A model generated the notes under the pieces. The model worked only from the letters and a program-made list of their open reading frames with translations, was not told the DNA's origin and ran no database searches. From Abditibacteriaceae bacterium (GTDB lineage Bacteria; Armatimonadota; Abditibacteriia; Abditibacteriales; Abditibacteriaceae), in assembly GCA_965277285.1 (NCBI GenBank), contig OZ255721.1, positions 1,088,001 to 1,152,000 of the forward strand: a stretch of 64,000 bases of DNA, read 5' to 3'. Both the position numbers and the translations under genes were made by a program. Shown here in pieces: positions 1 to 10,250 of the stretch (position 1 is its first letter; every line of letters starts with the position of its first letter).

Positions 1-587
1 GTTGTGTTGCTGTTCGTTGTACGATGCGCGCGATTCACGACCGCGCTGTCCGCCGTCAAAGCGTGTCCGGCGTTGGCGGCATAATTGGCGCTGTCGGCGT
101 GCGTCACGGTCGCCACAATTGGCAAAACGCTAAACGTTGCATGATTCGCATCCAACGCCGCGCCGTCGCGGTCAGTGATGGTGAACGGCGTGCCGGTCGT
201 AGGTGTCAGAGCCGCCTGTGTCGTTCGCGGCAAAGGAAACCCAACGCTCGCGCCGCGCCCACCTAAAATCAGGCGCGCATTGGTGAAATTCAAGACTGAA
301 CTTGTTGTGTTCTCGATCACAAAAAACAGCCGCTTGTACACGTTGTCACGAGCGCGCGTTTCGGGCTGGAATGTTTGATCGAGTACGCGAAAGTTCAAGC
401 CGTCGATGGCGTCCAATGTCGCGCGCGTCAACTGCGAGTACTCGATTGGTAGACGTTTGTCGTCATCGGTCAATGACGACAGATCGACTTCGCCTTTCCA
501 CAAGCTGTTCGCGGGCATATTGACGGCGCTTAAAAGCAGTGTCGCGGTGATGTAATCGACGCCGGCGGGAATCAGTGTGTTGCTCAT
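1..587 (-). CDS. Putative tail-fibre-like protein, N-terminal part (runs off window; missing from ORF track)
   Basis: Manual translation MSNTLIPAGVDYITATLLLSAVN...ADSANYAANAGHALTADSA is open to position 1; ATGA overlap with the upstream stop; the Ala/Asp/Ser repeat resembles phage fibres. Confidence 0.6.
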   Translation of the reverse strand, partial: MSNTLIPAGVDYITATLLLSAVNMPANSLWKGEVDLSSLTDDDKRLPIEYSQLTRATLDAIDGLNFRVLDQTFQPETRARDNVYKRLFFVIENTTSSVLNFTNARLILGGRGASVGFPLPRTTQAALTPTTGTPFTITDRDGAALDANHATFSVLPIVATVTHADSANYAANAGHALTADSAVVNRAHRTTNSNT

Positions 588-3418
588 GGAGTTGTCACCT
601 TTGCCGCGAAGCCGACCGGCTTGAATGAAATCGGGTTGCGGCGCGGCGAAAGTCCTCGATACGCCGTTTGTTCGTCCTGGGGCGCCATCTGCCAGCGGAA
701 CCAGAACGCCGTGCCGTTAGCTGGATCGACGCTTGTGCCGCCCCACAACATTTCGTTGATGACCGCAGGCGAACCTCCCTTATTGGGATCGCCCGACGCT
801 GGAATCAGAACCGCTGACAATCCACGCAAAGAAGGCGAACTGAGAATTCCCATAACGGTTCGATTCGCGGCGAAACCAGCGGCCACGTCTCGATATAAAA
901 CGTTCCCAACTGAAGCGACGCCACGAGGAATCGGCGCCGCGCCCTGCAGCTCGCCCAGCGCTTGGATCGCAGCAGGAAGTGTCGCAATCGGCACGAACGA
1001 GGTCGTGGTCACGTTGTTGGCCGTCGTGCTGGTAGTCGAGTAAATGCCGCCCTGCACATCCGCAAAATGCAGTGTGGGAACAACGACGGTTCCAGCGACC
1101 GGCGTTGTCGTTTGTGGCGGCGGTTGAGGGAGCAGGAACGCGGTCACGGCGGCGCTGTGCGTTCCTAAAAACGTAGGGGCGCTATCAGCGCTTTTCCACG
1201 AGTAGATTTTATGTGATGTTGTCGCAAAATACAGAACGTCGTTTGTCGTGTCGTTGTAAACATCGGTTACGGTCACGACCTCGCCGAGCGTGAACACTTT
1301 TTGAAAGTCGCGCGCATCGTGGCGCCACAACGTCATATCGTTTGAAGAGTTGTAGATGATGGCGACGTGCGAGGAAAGTTCTTCCACCGAGAACGGCGTG
1401 CGCGTTTCCGAGACCGGCATAAAATCGCCGTCTTTATCGGCATTGTCCAAATCACAAATGCGAACGCGCAAGGTGTCCAAGCAGAAAATCTTGTCGGTTG
1501 AGAGGCGCGCTGCGCTTGTGGCGTCGCCCATCCCGCGAGTACTTAAATCTAAAATCGTCGTGACGCCCGTTGGATCAATCGAAAACACGGTCGCGGGCGA
1601 AAGTCCAAAACCCATCAAGCCATCACCTCGTGCCCGCAACTTGGGCAGGCTCGCGCACGGCGTTGCGTACTTGGTGAAGGTTTCCACGGGCACGCCGACA
1701 AAACGCAATAACGCGGTTTCATCGGTTGTGGCCGTCGCGCCCAGTGTTTGATCGCCGGTTACTTCGATGTTTCTTCCAAAACGCACCGTACTCAAAACCG
1801 CTTTCTGCATTCGCTTGGTGTCCGTTAGCACTTGAACCGCCGTGGAATTGGCGGCCAGACGCGTTCCGAGAGGCGAAACCGCGAACACGCTCCAAAAGAA
1901 CTCCGAGTACTCGAATCCCGTTGCGGCGCGGTCAAACTCTGCCATCGCCATGAGTTTGGTCAAGCGTTCGCCGCGCGCGCCGATTTCTCCTGAACGAATC
2001 GTGTCAAGCGGCACGTCGAGCCAGTCGAGTTGATTCCACAGTGAATTATCAACGTTGACCTGAATCGAAACGGGAAGTGAATCCAGTCCCGAAGCGTCGC
2101 GCGCGGTTGCCGACAGCGTGATGGTGCCCTGATAATCGAGCAAACGCGTGTCAACGAAACCTTTCCACACGCTATCGGCGTCAGTGCCTGAAATGCGTGT
2201 CATCGCCGGATTCTGTCCGCCGACGTTGACTTGTAGGGGCGTTGTCGGATCAAGGCCGTTTGTGCTTTTGATTTCGACAACCAGAGCAACCAGGCCGTTT
2301 ACGCTGCTACTGGCGTCGGGCTTTATCCACGCTGGCACCGCGCCGCCGACCAGCGACACGTTGAGTAAAGGCGACGGCGGACTGTCTCCGAACTGATTAA
2401 ACGCGATGCAAAAATAGCTTTCAACAGGAACCGGCAACGTATCGACGAAATTCGCGGTCGCGTCGCTGGAAAGCAGAACGCTGTTTTGAGGCGTGCCGCG
2501 ATAAAGTCTCAATCCTGTTGCCAGAGTAGGAAGCGCTGGCCAGGCAATCGTTGCAGTTGTTCGAGTACTCGAAACGAGCGCGGGCGCACCAGGCGCGAGC
2601 GGCGGCCATTGATTCGGTTCGCATTGATTCGTGCGCGGATCGAAAAAGTAACCGTCAGGGCAACAATGAAAGTCACCCGAACCGCTGCCACTTCCCGAGC
2701 CTGAGCCGCTGCCGGAACTGCTGCCTGAGCCGCTGCCAGGTGATCCGCCCGAACCAGTGCCGCCTACAAATCCACCGGAGCCACTGGGCGAACCACTGGG
2801 GGAGCCGCTGCCGGATGGCGTTCCTGTTCCTGAACCTGAGCCGCTGTGTGAAGTTCCTGAACCGCTACTGGTGCCGCTTCCTGAATTGTTCGGTGTCCCA
2901 CTACCGGTTCCGCTGCCCGTCCCCGAACCTGTTCCTGTTCCGCCACCACCGCCGCCACCACCGCCGCTGCCAGTTCCCGCGCCACCGCCCGAACCGCTTC
3001 CTGAACCACCGCCTAACCCAGTGCCGGAAGAACTGCCTGACCCACTGCCGCCCGAACCGCTGCCGCTACCTGAACCACTTCCTGAGCCACTACCACTACC
3101 GGAACCAGAGCCAGAACCGCTTCCGCTGCCCGAACCCGATCCGCCGACTACATCGAACGTAAATGCCGTGAATGTCGGGTCAAAGTAGCTATTTCCGGTA
3201 TATGTTCCGATCGCTGCGTTAGACGGAACCGTGATTTGTGAGGACGGAGAAACCGCCCATCCGTTCGACGAGGAGGTGTCTCCCAGGGTTGCTGCGCTGC
3301 CGCCGTGCCCCGCACCGTCCGAAACGACCCACTTCCCGTTCCCTGACTGGGGCTGTGAAACGGAACTGGTGACAAGTGCTTGACCAGTCGTGCCGCGCGC
3401 GATTTGCGGATTTGCCAT
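584..3418 (-). CDS. Large Gly/Ser-repeat protein with small Cys motif, FN3-like, Ig-like and beta-propeller-like regions (putative virion/tail protein)
   Basis: 944 aa ORF; ~160 aa (GS)n tract; CCPDGYFFDP..C; FN3-like TATIAW...YFCIAFNQFGDSPPS. Confidence 0.6.
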   Translation of the reverse strand: MANPQIARGTTGQALVTSSVSQPQSGNGKWVVSDGAGHGGSAATLGDTSSSNGWAVSPSSQITVPSNAAIGTYTGNSYFDPTFTAFTFDVVGGSGSGSGSGSGSGSGSGSGSGSGSGSGSGSGGSGSGSSSGTGLGGGSGSGSGGGAGTGSGGGGGGGGGTGTGSGTGSGTGSGTPNNSGSGTSSGSGTSHSGSGSGTGTPSGSGSPSGSPSGSGGFVGGTGSGGSPGSGSGSSSGSGSGSGSGSGSGDFHCCPDGYFFDPRTNQCEPNQWPPLAPGAPALVSSTRTTATIAWPALPTLATGLRLYRGTPQNSVLLSSDATANFVDTLPVPVESYFCIAFNQFGDSPPSPLLNVSLVGGAVPAWIKPDASSSVNGLVALVVEIKSTNGLDPTTPLQVNVGGQNPAMTRISGTDADSVWKGFVDTRLLDYQGTITLSATARDASGLDSLPVSIQVNVDNSLWNQLDWLDVPLDTIRSGEIGARGERLTKLMAMAEFDRAATGFEYSEFFWSVFAVSPLGTRLAANSTAVQVLTDTKRMQKAVLSTVRFGRNIEVTGDQTLGATATTDETALLRFVGVPVETFTKYATPCASLPKLRARGDGLMGFGLSPATVFSIDPTGVTTILDLSTRGMGDATSAARLSTDKIFCLDTLRVRICDLDNADKDGDFMPVSETRTPFSVEELSSHVAIIYNSSNDMTLWRHDARDFQKVFTLGEVVTVTDVYNDTTNDVLYFATTSHKIYSWKSADSAPTFLGTHSAAVTAFLLPQPPPQTTTPVAGTVVVPTLHFADVQGGIYSTTSTTANNVTTTSFVPIATLPAAIQALGELQGAAPIPRGVASVGNVLYRDVAAGFAANRTVMGILSSPSLRGLSAVLIPASGDPNKGGSPAVINEMLWGGTSVDPANGTAFWFRWQMAPQDEQTAYRGLSPRRNPISFKPVGFAAKVTTP
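2680..3146 (-). repeat. Gly-Ser coding low-complexity tract with diversified codons
   Basis: GSGSGS... translation; the DNA is not a perfect tandem repeat. Confidence 0.9.
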
Positions 3419-4860
3419 TAGGTATCACCGCCGCGAAGAAAGCCGAGTACGTGATTCAAAACCTGATGCGGCGTCACGCTTGTCATAGCACTGCAACCGG
3501 AATCGCAGTGCGCGACATAAGTGCCGCTTTGATAGCGACACGGCGAGCACGTCGTATTTTTCTCTGGCATGAGGGAGATAATGTTTGTTTGGCTCCACAA
3601 AAACCTGTCTGGCAGTTGCGCATGAATCGCAATGGACGGCACCTGGAGCAATCCCGCAAAGTGCGACATCCCTGAGTCGATGCCGATAAAGCACAGTGCG
3701 CCGCACATCAATTCTGCGACACTGCTTTCGTTTAAGCCCAGAAACCATTGCGTCGTCGCACTACAAGAGCCGAACAATTCCTGTAATCGCGTTCCTTGAT
3801 GCGAAGTCCCGACCGCGACCAATCGAATGCCGTTCTGATCCAGCAAATGCGACAGGTAGCGCCAACTCGTATCCGCCCATTCGCGCGTCCGATAATTAGA
3901 AAACGGCGAAACCAGAACATACGGCGCCAGCGGTAAAGCAAACAGGCCATGAACCGAGTTATCGACGTGAGCGGGCGCGACCGGCGTAAACGGCTCCATT
4001 GGCAACAAATCGGCAGTCGCATCGCAATACCATTGCTTGCGGTCATCCGCGTGCGTCAGCTGTGCAATGTAATCGCGGTTCATATCCACGCCGATGCCGG
4101 TTCCCGCAACGACTTCGACGCCCGGATGTGACACACGCGCGAACCAGCCTGGGTGCCCGGTGTGCAAACGAACCATCTTTTGAATGCCTTCAATTTTCAA
4201 GCGTTCGGCGAGTCCACACGTCGCATAAAGCCCGCAAATTGAGTCACCGATTCCCGTCGCGCTCAAGCACAAGTCAAAAGCGGGTGGCTCGCCTTTGACG
4301 AGCATCGCCTGGTGCGGATGCGGACTGGTGAAACTCAAATCATGCGCTTTCGAGTACTCGGTCAAAGCGCGTTCGACGCCTGGACAGTTCTGCCATTGGA
4401 AATCATCGAAGAGCAGAATGCCGCCGTCAACTAAGCGCGGGTAAAACCATCCGAGAGCGTCTTTGGTGGTCTGGTATTGATCGCCGTCGATGTGAACGAA
4501 AGCGAAAGTTTCATCTTCCAAGGTATACGCAGTCGAAGGAAAATAGCCTTGTCGAAACTGCGCGTTCGGACAATCGCTTAAAAATGCTTCAACGGCGCGC
4601 AGGCTGGTATCTGCAAAATCTCCAACTTTGTGGACATCCACAGCATTAGATTGAGGAATGCCCTCGAAAGTATCGAAGAGGTAGCAGCAGCGATGCGGCG
4701 CGCTGCGAGCGATGAGGCGTGCTGAACCGCCTTTGTAGACACCGACTTCCGCCGTTGCCCCGGGCAGAAACGCGACGCGTTCCAGACAGGCCGCGATAGT
4801 GCTCAGTTTGCCTAAGCCTAGGAGAGAATGACTGTTGGCTTCTTCGATAAGGGTTTGCAT
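3418..4860 (-). CDS. TylF/MycF-type O-methyltransferase fused to GT9 (heptosyltransferase-like) glycosyltransferase
   Basis: N-term AEVGVYKGGS, FDTFEG, HIDGDQY, FDDF; C-term FIGIDSGMSHFA and CSPC..C...C. Confidence 0.8.
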   Translation of the reverse strand: MQTLIEEANSHSLLGLGKLSTIAACLERVAFLPGATAEVGVYKGGSARLIARSAPHRCCYLFDTFEGIPQSNAVDVHKVGDFADTSLRAVEAFLSDCPNAQFRQGYFPSTAYTLEDETFAFVHIDGDQYQTTKDALGWFYPRLVDGGILLFDDFQWQNCPGVERALTEYSKAHDLSFTSPHPHQAMLVKGEPPAFDLCLSATGIGDSICGLYATCGLAERLKIEGIQKMVRLHTGHPGWFARVSHPGVEVVAGTGIGVDMNRDYIAQLTHADDRKQWYCDATADLLPMEPFTPVAPAHVDNSVHGLFALPLAPYVLVSPFSNYRTREWADTSWRYLSHLLDQNGIRLVAVGTSHQGTRLQELFGSCSATTQWFLGLNESSVAELMCGALCFIGIDSGMSHFAGLLQVPSIAIHAQLPDRFLWSQTNIISLMPEKNTTCSPCRYQSGTYVAHCDSGCSAMTSVTPHQVLNHVLGFLRGGDT

Positions 4861-4918
4861 AATTCGAGTACTCGATGGTCGTTATTTCAAAAAACGCGAT
4901 ATTTCTATAATAAGGACG

Positions 4919-7588
4919 CTAACCAACCTGCCTTATTTGCTTTTGCCGCAAATGAAAGCCGGGCGGAATCAGAAAACAACCTCGCACGCGTGTTTCTGCC
5001 GATAAAGGCAATCCGGTATGCCGCTCAAAACCGCGAGCGCGCACGTTGAAGTCGCCCAGCGCCGTTAAATCGTTCGTCGATAAAGTCGCACCTGGTTCGC
5101 GCGCGATGTCATGCGTGCCATCGACACTTATAAACAACCACGGATAAAGCTCATCGAGTACTCGACCGCCATCGAGCGTGCCGTCGTCGCAGGTCACGGC
5201 GCCGCCCAGATTAACAATTGAAACCGAGTAATCGAGCGTTTGCCCGACTTCGGGCCATTGAATAATAGACACAACGGTTCCAACTGGCATTCGTCCCAGC
5301 GCACACGCCGCATCCGTGCATGATGTATTGGGCAGCATTCCGCGCCCGTCCCAGCAAATCGTATCGAACTGCACTGTCGAATACGGCAAGACTTGACCGG
5401 CAGGCAACGAATACGAAACGACGGTCGAGGTCAACGGCAACAATACCAGCCAGATACCTGAAGTCGGCTGTGTTGCTGAGGGTAACCATTGGCCACCGCC
5501 GCTCAAGCCGGGCGCAGGCGTCCACTTGAGAAACGCCGGAAGTTTCGTTAAATCAATGCCGGACGCATCGGCGACCGAACGCGCGACAGAAAACTTGCGC
5601 GCGTCATTGTTCAAGAAAAAGCAGAGTTTGGGCGCTGGGTTCGTTAGTTCGTAAACGCCTCAGCCGTCCGTTGGCAAACCGTTCTCATCCACGTCTTTGG
5701 CGACCATCATCAAGGTTTCGCGTGTGCCGTCGTCACTGATCGTGGTTGCAATGTTGCGCGGATGCAAATTGGTGGCAAAGGTGCGAAACAACGGATCAAC
5801 GCCCGAGGTGTCCAATCGCGCGACGGCGGGTTTGAGGTCGAGCGTGTGCCCAAAAGCGAACACGTATTGACCGGCGATGCCGATGTGTGCTAAGTCAAAG
5901 CGGCTGGTATCCCATCTCGCCAAAATGTCGCACGATTGCCCATTGAAACGACAAATACTTTGATAGCGAGCCGCTGGAGTTGTTGGTGTTGTGGTTGGGT
6001 CTGGTTGACTTTGAGTACTCGATTGTTGAGTACTCGATGCAACCGGTTTCAAGCCTTCATCTTCGATGTAATAACCATAAATCGACTTAACCGCCAGCGC
6101 TGCCAAAACGTGATGCGCTGCGCCGCGATAGGCTGCTTCCTGTCCTGGTTCGCCGGTCACAATCGTTGCCGGAGAGTAGGGAAACTTCGCGTTGCTGGCA
6201 AAGTCGCCGCCTTCGCATGTTTTGACCCACAAATCACGGTTCGCGCCCACGCGCAACGCCGCGCCACACCGTCCGCCGGGATGCGCATCAATCAAAACAT
6301 CGTGCACCGCATCATAAATGATCGAATCGCAGGGCGTCGTCGCGTGCAAAACGCCGTTGGGCCAACTCAGACTATTCACCATTCGAGAGGTCAACAAATT
6401 GCATTCGCATTTTTTGCTCCACAGCGGAACGGGCGTTGTCGTCGAAAACGGTGCCTGGTTCGGATTGTCATAGCGCACGACGAACGGTTGCGGCCCACTT
6501 CTGCCGGCCAACATGCCACCCAGCCAGAGCGAACCTTGATGATTTTCTATCGCACCCACAGCGCGGAGGCGCGGATCGACCACGACTTCGCTCAGTCCGC
6601 CCGTACCAATTTTCCAGAACGCGGGAAACGCTGCGTTCGGATGGCAATTCACGTCCCCGATCCAATTGCCTGCGCCGTCGGTGCCGGTTCCCACGACGAC
6701 TTTCAAAGCGCTCCATTCGCCACTGCGCGGCGCGGGCAGTCCCGACGCGTCGATTGCTATGACTTGACTTGTCCAGTCGGGATTCTTTCGGGTTGTTCCG
6801 GCCAGAACAGCGGCGTTGTGCGCCAATCGCAGCGGATGAGTCGGGTCAAATGGCAGCGCGCCGACGTTCCAAATCGGATCGTAATAGTAGACAATTCCGG
6901 TCAATCCGCGCCACTGAAATTGCGAGGGCGTTTGGTTGTTGCCGCTGACAGCAGCGTAATCGATGGGAAGTCCGCTCCAGGCCGGGCGCTGTGCCGCGAC
7001 GCGCGCGCGCAAAATATAGGAGCCAGCCACCGCCGAGTTTACGATCAGCGCCACGCCGTTGTTTTGCGCGTTCAAGGCGTTCTGCGCGCCCGCGTTCTGC
7101 GCCGTGTTGTCTTGCACGTTCTGATTTTGCGTGCTGTAATTGCCGGTCACGACTTCGCCGCTTTGACAATTGATCCACTCGAAGAGCCAGCCGGACGTTG
7201 GTTCGACAAAGCTCACCCTCCCGTCGGTGCGCTGGTCATCCACCGTGAAACCATGCTGTAAATGGAGAGCCACGCCAGCGGGAACGTGGGCGATTTCGTC
7301 TCGCCCGATGTCCTGAACGTATTCGGTCGCTTCGACAACGGACAAATTCAGCGGCGTGGTGATCGTCGGCAAAATCAAATAACCCGTGCCATTGAAGCCC
7401 CAGACGCCCCACATCAAGTCGCCACGATGCGGGTCATAGGCGTTGTTTTCGTTCCACACCGCCAAATCAGCGTCCGCGCCGCCGACCTGACCACCTGCAT
7501 AAACCAGCCCCCACGGTGCGCGCATCGCGCAGTGCAGGATGGAATCGGGAAGCGTGAGTTTTTCACCAATCAGTTGAAAAGGGAGCAT
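4919..7588 (-). pseudogene. Putative tail protein split by one in-frame TGA (5660-5662), or a readthrough gene
   Basis: ORFs 5660..7588 and 4919..5614 share a frame: ...GLPTDG*GVYELTNPAPKLCFFLNNDARK... Confidence 0.6.
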
Positions 7589-7981
7589 AAAACGTGTTGG
7601 TTCGAGTACTCGATTACGATTAAAGCAACGCTAATAATTGCACGGAACAACGCATCTGTCCTGCTTTGGTCGTAAGGTCGTTATTAGCCAAAAAACAAAA
7701 AACCCGCGCTGCCCAAAGCGCATCTACTCGAAAATAAAATGCGTTTCGAGCAGCGGAGCTTTATGGCAGGCGGGTTTGGAATTCCAAATGCGGCCTTGCT
7801 ATGTCGGGCGAGACGCTTGCGCGTGCGGCCCAATAATTTGATTATAACCAAATTGGTTTATGTTCAGTAGCCGCTTATTCTTATACGCAACTTAGAGAGA
7901 AATTTGGTTTTTCAAGACGCGGAACAAATTTGTCCGCTAATTGGTCAAACACGCAAATCCTGTCTATCGGAGACATCTGTA

Positions 7982-8347
7982 ATGACCAAAGTAAAGTTCG
8001 TGTTAAGTCTGTGCTGCTTACTTTTCTCGATGTCGTTGTTGGGAGTTCACGCGCAAGAGACAAAAGAAGCGAAACCGTCAAAGTCTCAACTCACATTGGT
8101 TTGGATTGTTGACGCCAATCCCCATGAGTTTATTTGGCAAGTCGATGGGTTGCCTTCCTTTGCGTTTAAGTCACTCTCGTCGGATACGCTGCGAAACTGG
8201 GTTGCCCGCCTACCTGCAAATTCATCCATAGAATGGTCACCCAGTGATTTACGTATGGGCGGCGAACCCTCGGAAAAGGAAGTCAAGCAGTTCCAGGAGT
8301 TCTGCAAAGCGAAAAACGTTAAGTTCATTATTCATGAAGCTGGTTGA
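7982..8347 (+). CDS. Secreted hypothetical protein
   Basis: Signal-peptide-like MTKVKFVLSLCCLLFSMSLLGVHAQ. Confidence 0.6.
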   Translation: MTKVKFVLSLCCLLFSMSLLGVHAQETKEAKPSKSQLTLVWIVDANPHEFIWQVDGLPSFAFKSLSSDTLRNWVARLPANSSIEWSPSDLRMGGEPSEKEVKQFQEFCKAKNVKFIIHEAG

Positions 8348-8485
8348 ATGTAAGTCAACATCTGCCGGATAAGTCGCTCCCCTGACCATCTACAGTCCCG
8401 CCGAGACAAAACGAGTACTCATCATCGAGTGCTCGTTTCTTTTGTTTTAGAGAGCGATAAGCACTCAAAGAGTTCCTCGAAACCA

Positions 8486-8514
8486 TTGCGTCATTATATC
8501 TATTTCGATATAAT
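8486..8514 (+). promoter_or_regulatory. Sigma70-type promoter of the TA operon, probably leaderless
   Basis: TTGCGT-17-TATAAT with ATG 6 nt downstream. Confidence 0.6.
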
Positions 8515-8520
8515 CAATTC

Positions 8521-8853
8521 ATGCGATTACAAAGGAAGGGGCTTGTTGTCCTGCATGGCGAGATCAAGACGCCGCCTCTTTCCAAGAAAGCGCGCCTTGA
8601 AGCGGGCGGCTTAATTCGGCATTTGCAGAAAGGTTTTTCCCTTGAATTGCCCCACTCGCGTCCAATGCCGGACATCAGCGAACGCGTGCACGAATTACGC
8701 ATCGTTGACGAAAGCCAAATCTGGCGCATTATTTATCGCATCGACGCCGAAGAAATTGTGGTTGCCGAAATCTTTAGCAAGAAAACACCGGCCACGCCAC
8801 CGCAAGTTATAAAGACGTGTCGCAAGCGGTTTCGTGAGTACGATGGAGAGTGA
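8521..8853 (+). CDS. RelE/HigB-like (Gp49-like) toxin
   Basis: PHSRPM, ELRI, WRIIY, FSKKT motifs; lies upstream of an HTH antitoxin. Confidence 0.85.
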   Translation: MRLQRKGLVVLHGEIKTPPLSKKARLEAGGLIRHLQKGFSLELPHSRPMPDISERVHELRIVDESQIWRIIYRIDAEEIVVAEIFSKKTPATPPQVIKTCRKRFREYDGE

Positions 8854-9251
8854 ACACGATGAACGAAACACAACGTAAGAATCTGGCAAAGATGGGAGGC
8901 CGCGAGGTTTCTCTGACCGAGTTTCTTGATTTGAAACCTGGCGAAGAAGCTTTGATCGACATCAAGTCCGATCTATCGGATGCGGTTCGTGAACTGCGCG
9001 AGCGAAACAGCGTGACGCAGGCGGAACTGGCGGCGCGTCTTCAATCGAGCCAGCCGCGCGTCGCACATTTAGAGCGCGGTGTTGGCTCCATCGACTTGTT
9101 TCTGCGCGCGCTGATTTTGATGGGCGCGACACCTGTGCAAATTGGCGCCATTATGAGCGGGCAAGGAATTCAGATTGCCAAGCCAAGAACTGCCCGAGCC
9201 ACCAAAGCATCACCAAAACGTGCACCAGGAAAGGTTTTACAGACGGCATAA
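8850..9251 (+). CDS. XRE-family HTH antitoxin (HigA-like)
   Basis: VTQAELAARLQSSQPRVAHLERG HTH; overlaps the toxin stop. Confidence 0.85.
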   Translation: MNTMNETQRKNLAKMGGREVSLTEFLDLKPGEEALIDIKSDLSDAVRELRERNSVTQAELAARLQSSQPRVAHLERGVGSIDLFLRALILMGATPVQIGAIMSGQGIQIAKPRTARATKASPKRAPGKVLQTA

Positions 9252-9262
9252 AGGAGTTCCAA

Positions 9263-9334
9263 ATGAAACATCTAATGTGGCTTCTTTTTGGCCTCATAGT
9301 GTTTTTTGTAGTTGTAGTGCTGTTAGCATTTTAG
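9263..9334 (+). CDS. 23-aa hydrophobic peptide
   Basis: AAGGAG RBS; MKHLMWLLFGLIVFFVVVVLLAF. Confidence 0.35.
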   Translation: MKHLMWLLFGLIVFFVVVVLLAF

Positions 9335-9531
9335 AAAGGAAGAGCAGCCGGCCTGCGTGCTCGCCAACGAGGCACAATCCAGTCTTCTGTAAGCATCGGG
9401 ATGACTTCTAATCGAACCAGTGTGAAGTTGAAAGGCAGCACGGCATTGTTTGAGGTTTGAAATTTCAAGTTACGGTATGAACAGATGTTAGGCTGTTGCG
9501 CGTGGCTTGGCTGCCTGCTAAAAATTGAAGC

Positions 9532-10044
9532 ATGAAAATTACCATAGCCGAGTACTCGTCTGTATGGCCGCAGATATTTGAGGAAGAGAAAAAACAGCTT
9601 CAACGCGTTCTACCTGATTCGGCATCCATCGAACACGTTGGAAGTACATCAGTGCATGGATTAGCGGCGAAGCCCATCATTGACATCATGATCGGTTTAA
9701 CAGATTTTTCTCTGGCCGATTTGATGGTCCCAGAAGTCGAATCATTGGGATATGAATATATGTCTCAATGGGAAAATGAGATGCCGTACCGACGCTTCTT
9801 CAAGAAAGAGAATGCTGGTATTCGCACCCATCAAATTCATATGGTGACTATCGGCAGTGAGTTTTGGAACCGACATCTTGCGTTTCGGGATTACCTCAGA
9901 ACACATCAGAGTGTCGCTGAAGAATATGCAACTCTCAAACGCCAGTTAGCCAAGCAAGAGTGGCAGGACATGAACGATTATGCCGGAGCCAAAACCGATT
10001 TCATTCAAAGCGTAGAAGCCGAAGCGTCATCACAAGCAGCCTAA
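9532..10044 (+). CDS. GrpB-family nucleotidyltransferase-fold protein
   Basis: EHVGSTSVHGLAAKPIIDI, HLAFRDYLR, YAGAKTDFI. Confidence 0.9.
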   Translation: MKITIAEYSSVWPQIFEEEKKQLQRVLPDSASIEHVGSTSVHGLAAKPIIDIMIGLTDFSLADLMVPEVESLGYEYMSQWENEMPYRRFFKKENAGIRTHQIHMVTIGSEFWNRHLAFRDYLRTHQSVAEEYATLKRQLAKQEWQDMNDYAGAKTDFIQSVEAEASSQAA

Positions 10045-10250
10045 CAAGCCGCCGCGCTCGCCGCTATATCCCCACAGAACAGCGAGTACTCATCATCGAG
10101 TACTCGTTTTGTCTTTGCCACATCCCAACTCGCGCTCCATCAGCGACACAAAGAACTTGGCCGTGCGGTAGAGAATCGAGATGAGCTTTTCGGTTCGGTT
10201 CATATTCGGGTACTCGATGCTCTACGCATTAGCTCTACTCATGCGTAGAG

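Noticed and set aside
2757..3188. Pro/Glu-rich plus-strand ORF
   Set aside because: Antisense reading of the GS repeat
5660..5662. Selenocysteine or genetic-code reassignment of TGA
   Set aside because: No redox-motif context or evident SECIS; TGA ends neighbouring genes normally
5936..7261. 441-aa plus-strand ORF and similar long antisense ORFs (30979-31719, 35527-36441, 40836-41720, 47379-48476)
   Set aside because: Shadows of real genes on the opposite strand, with no motifs
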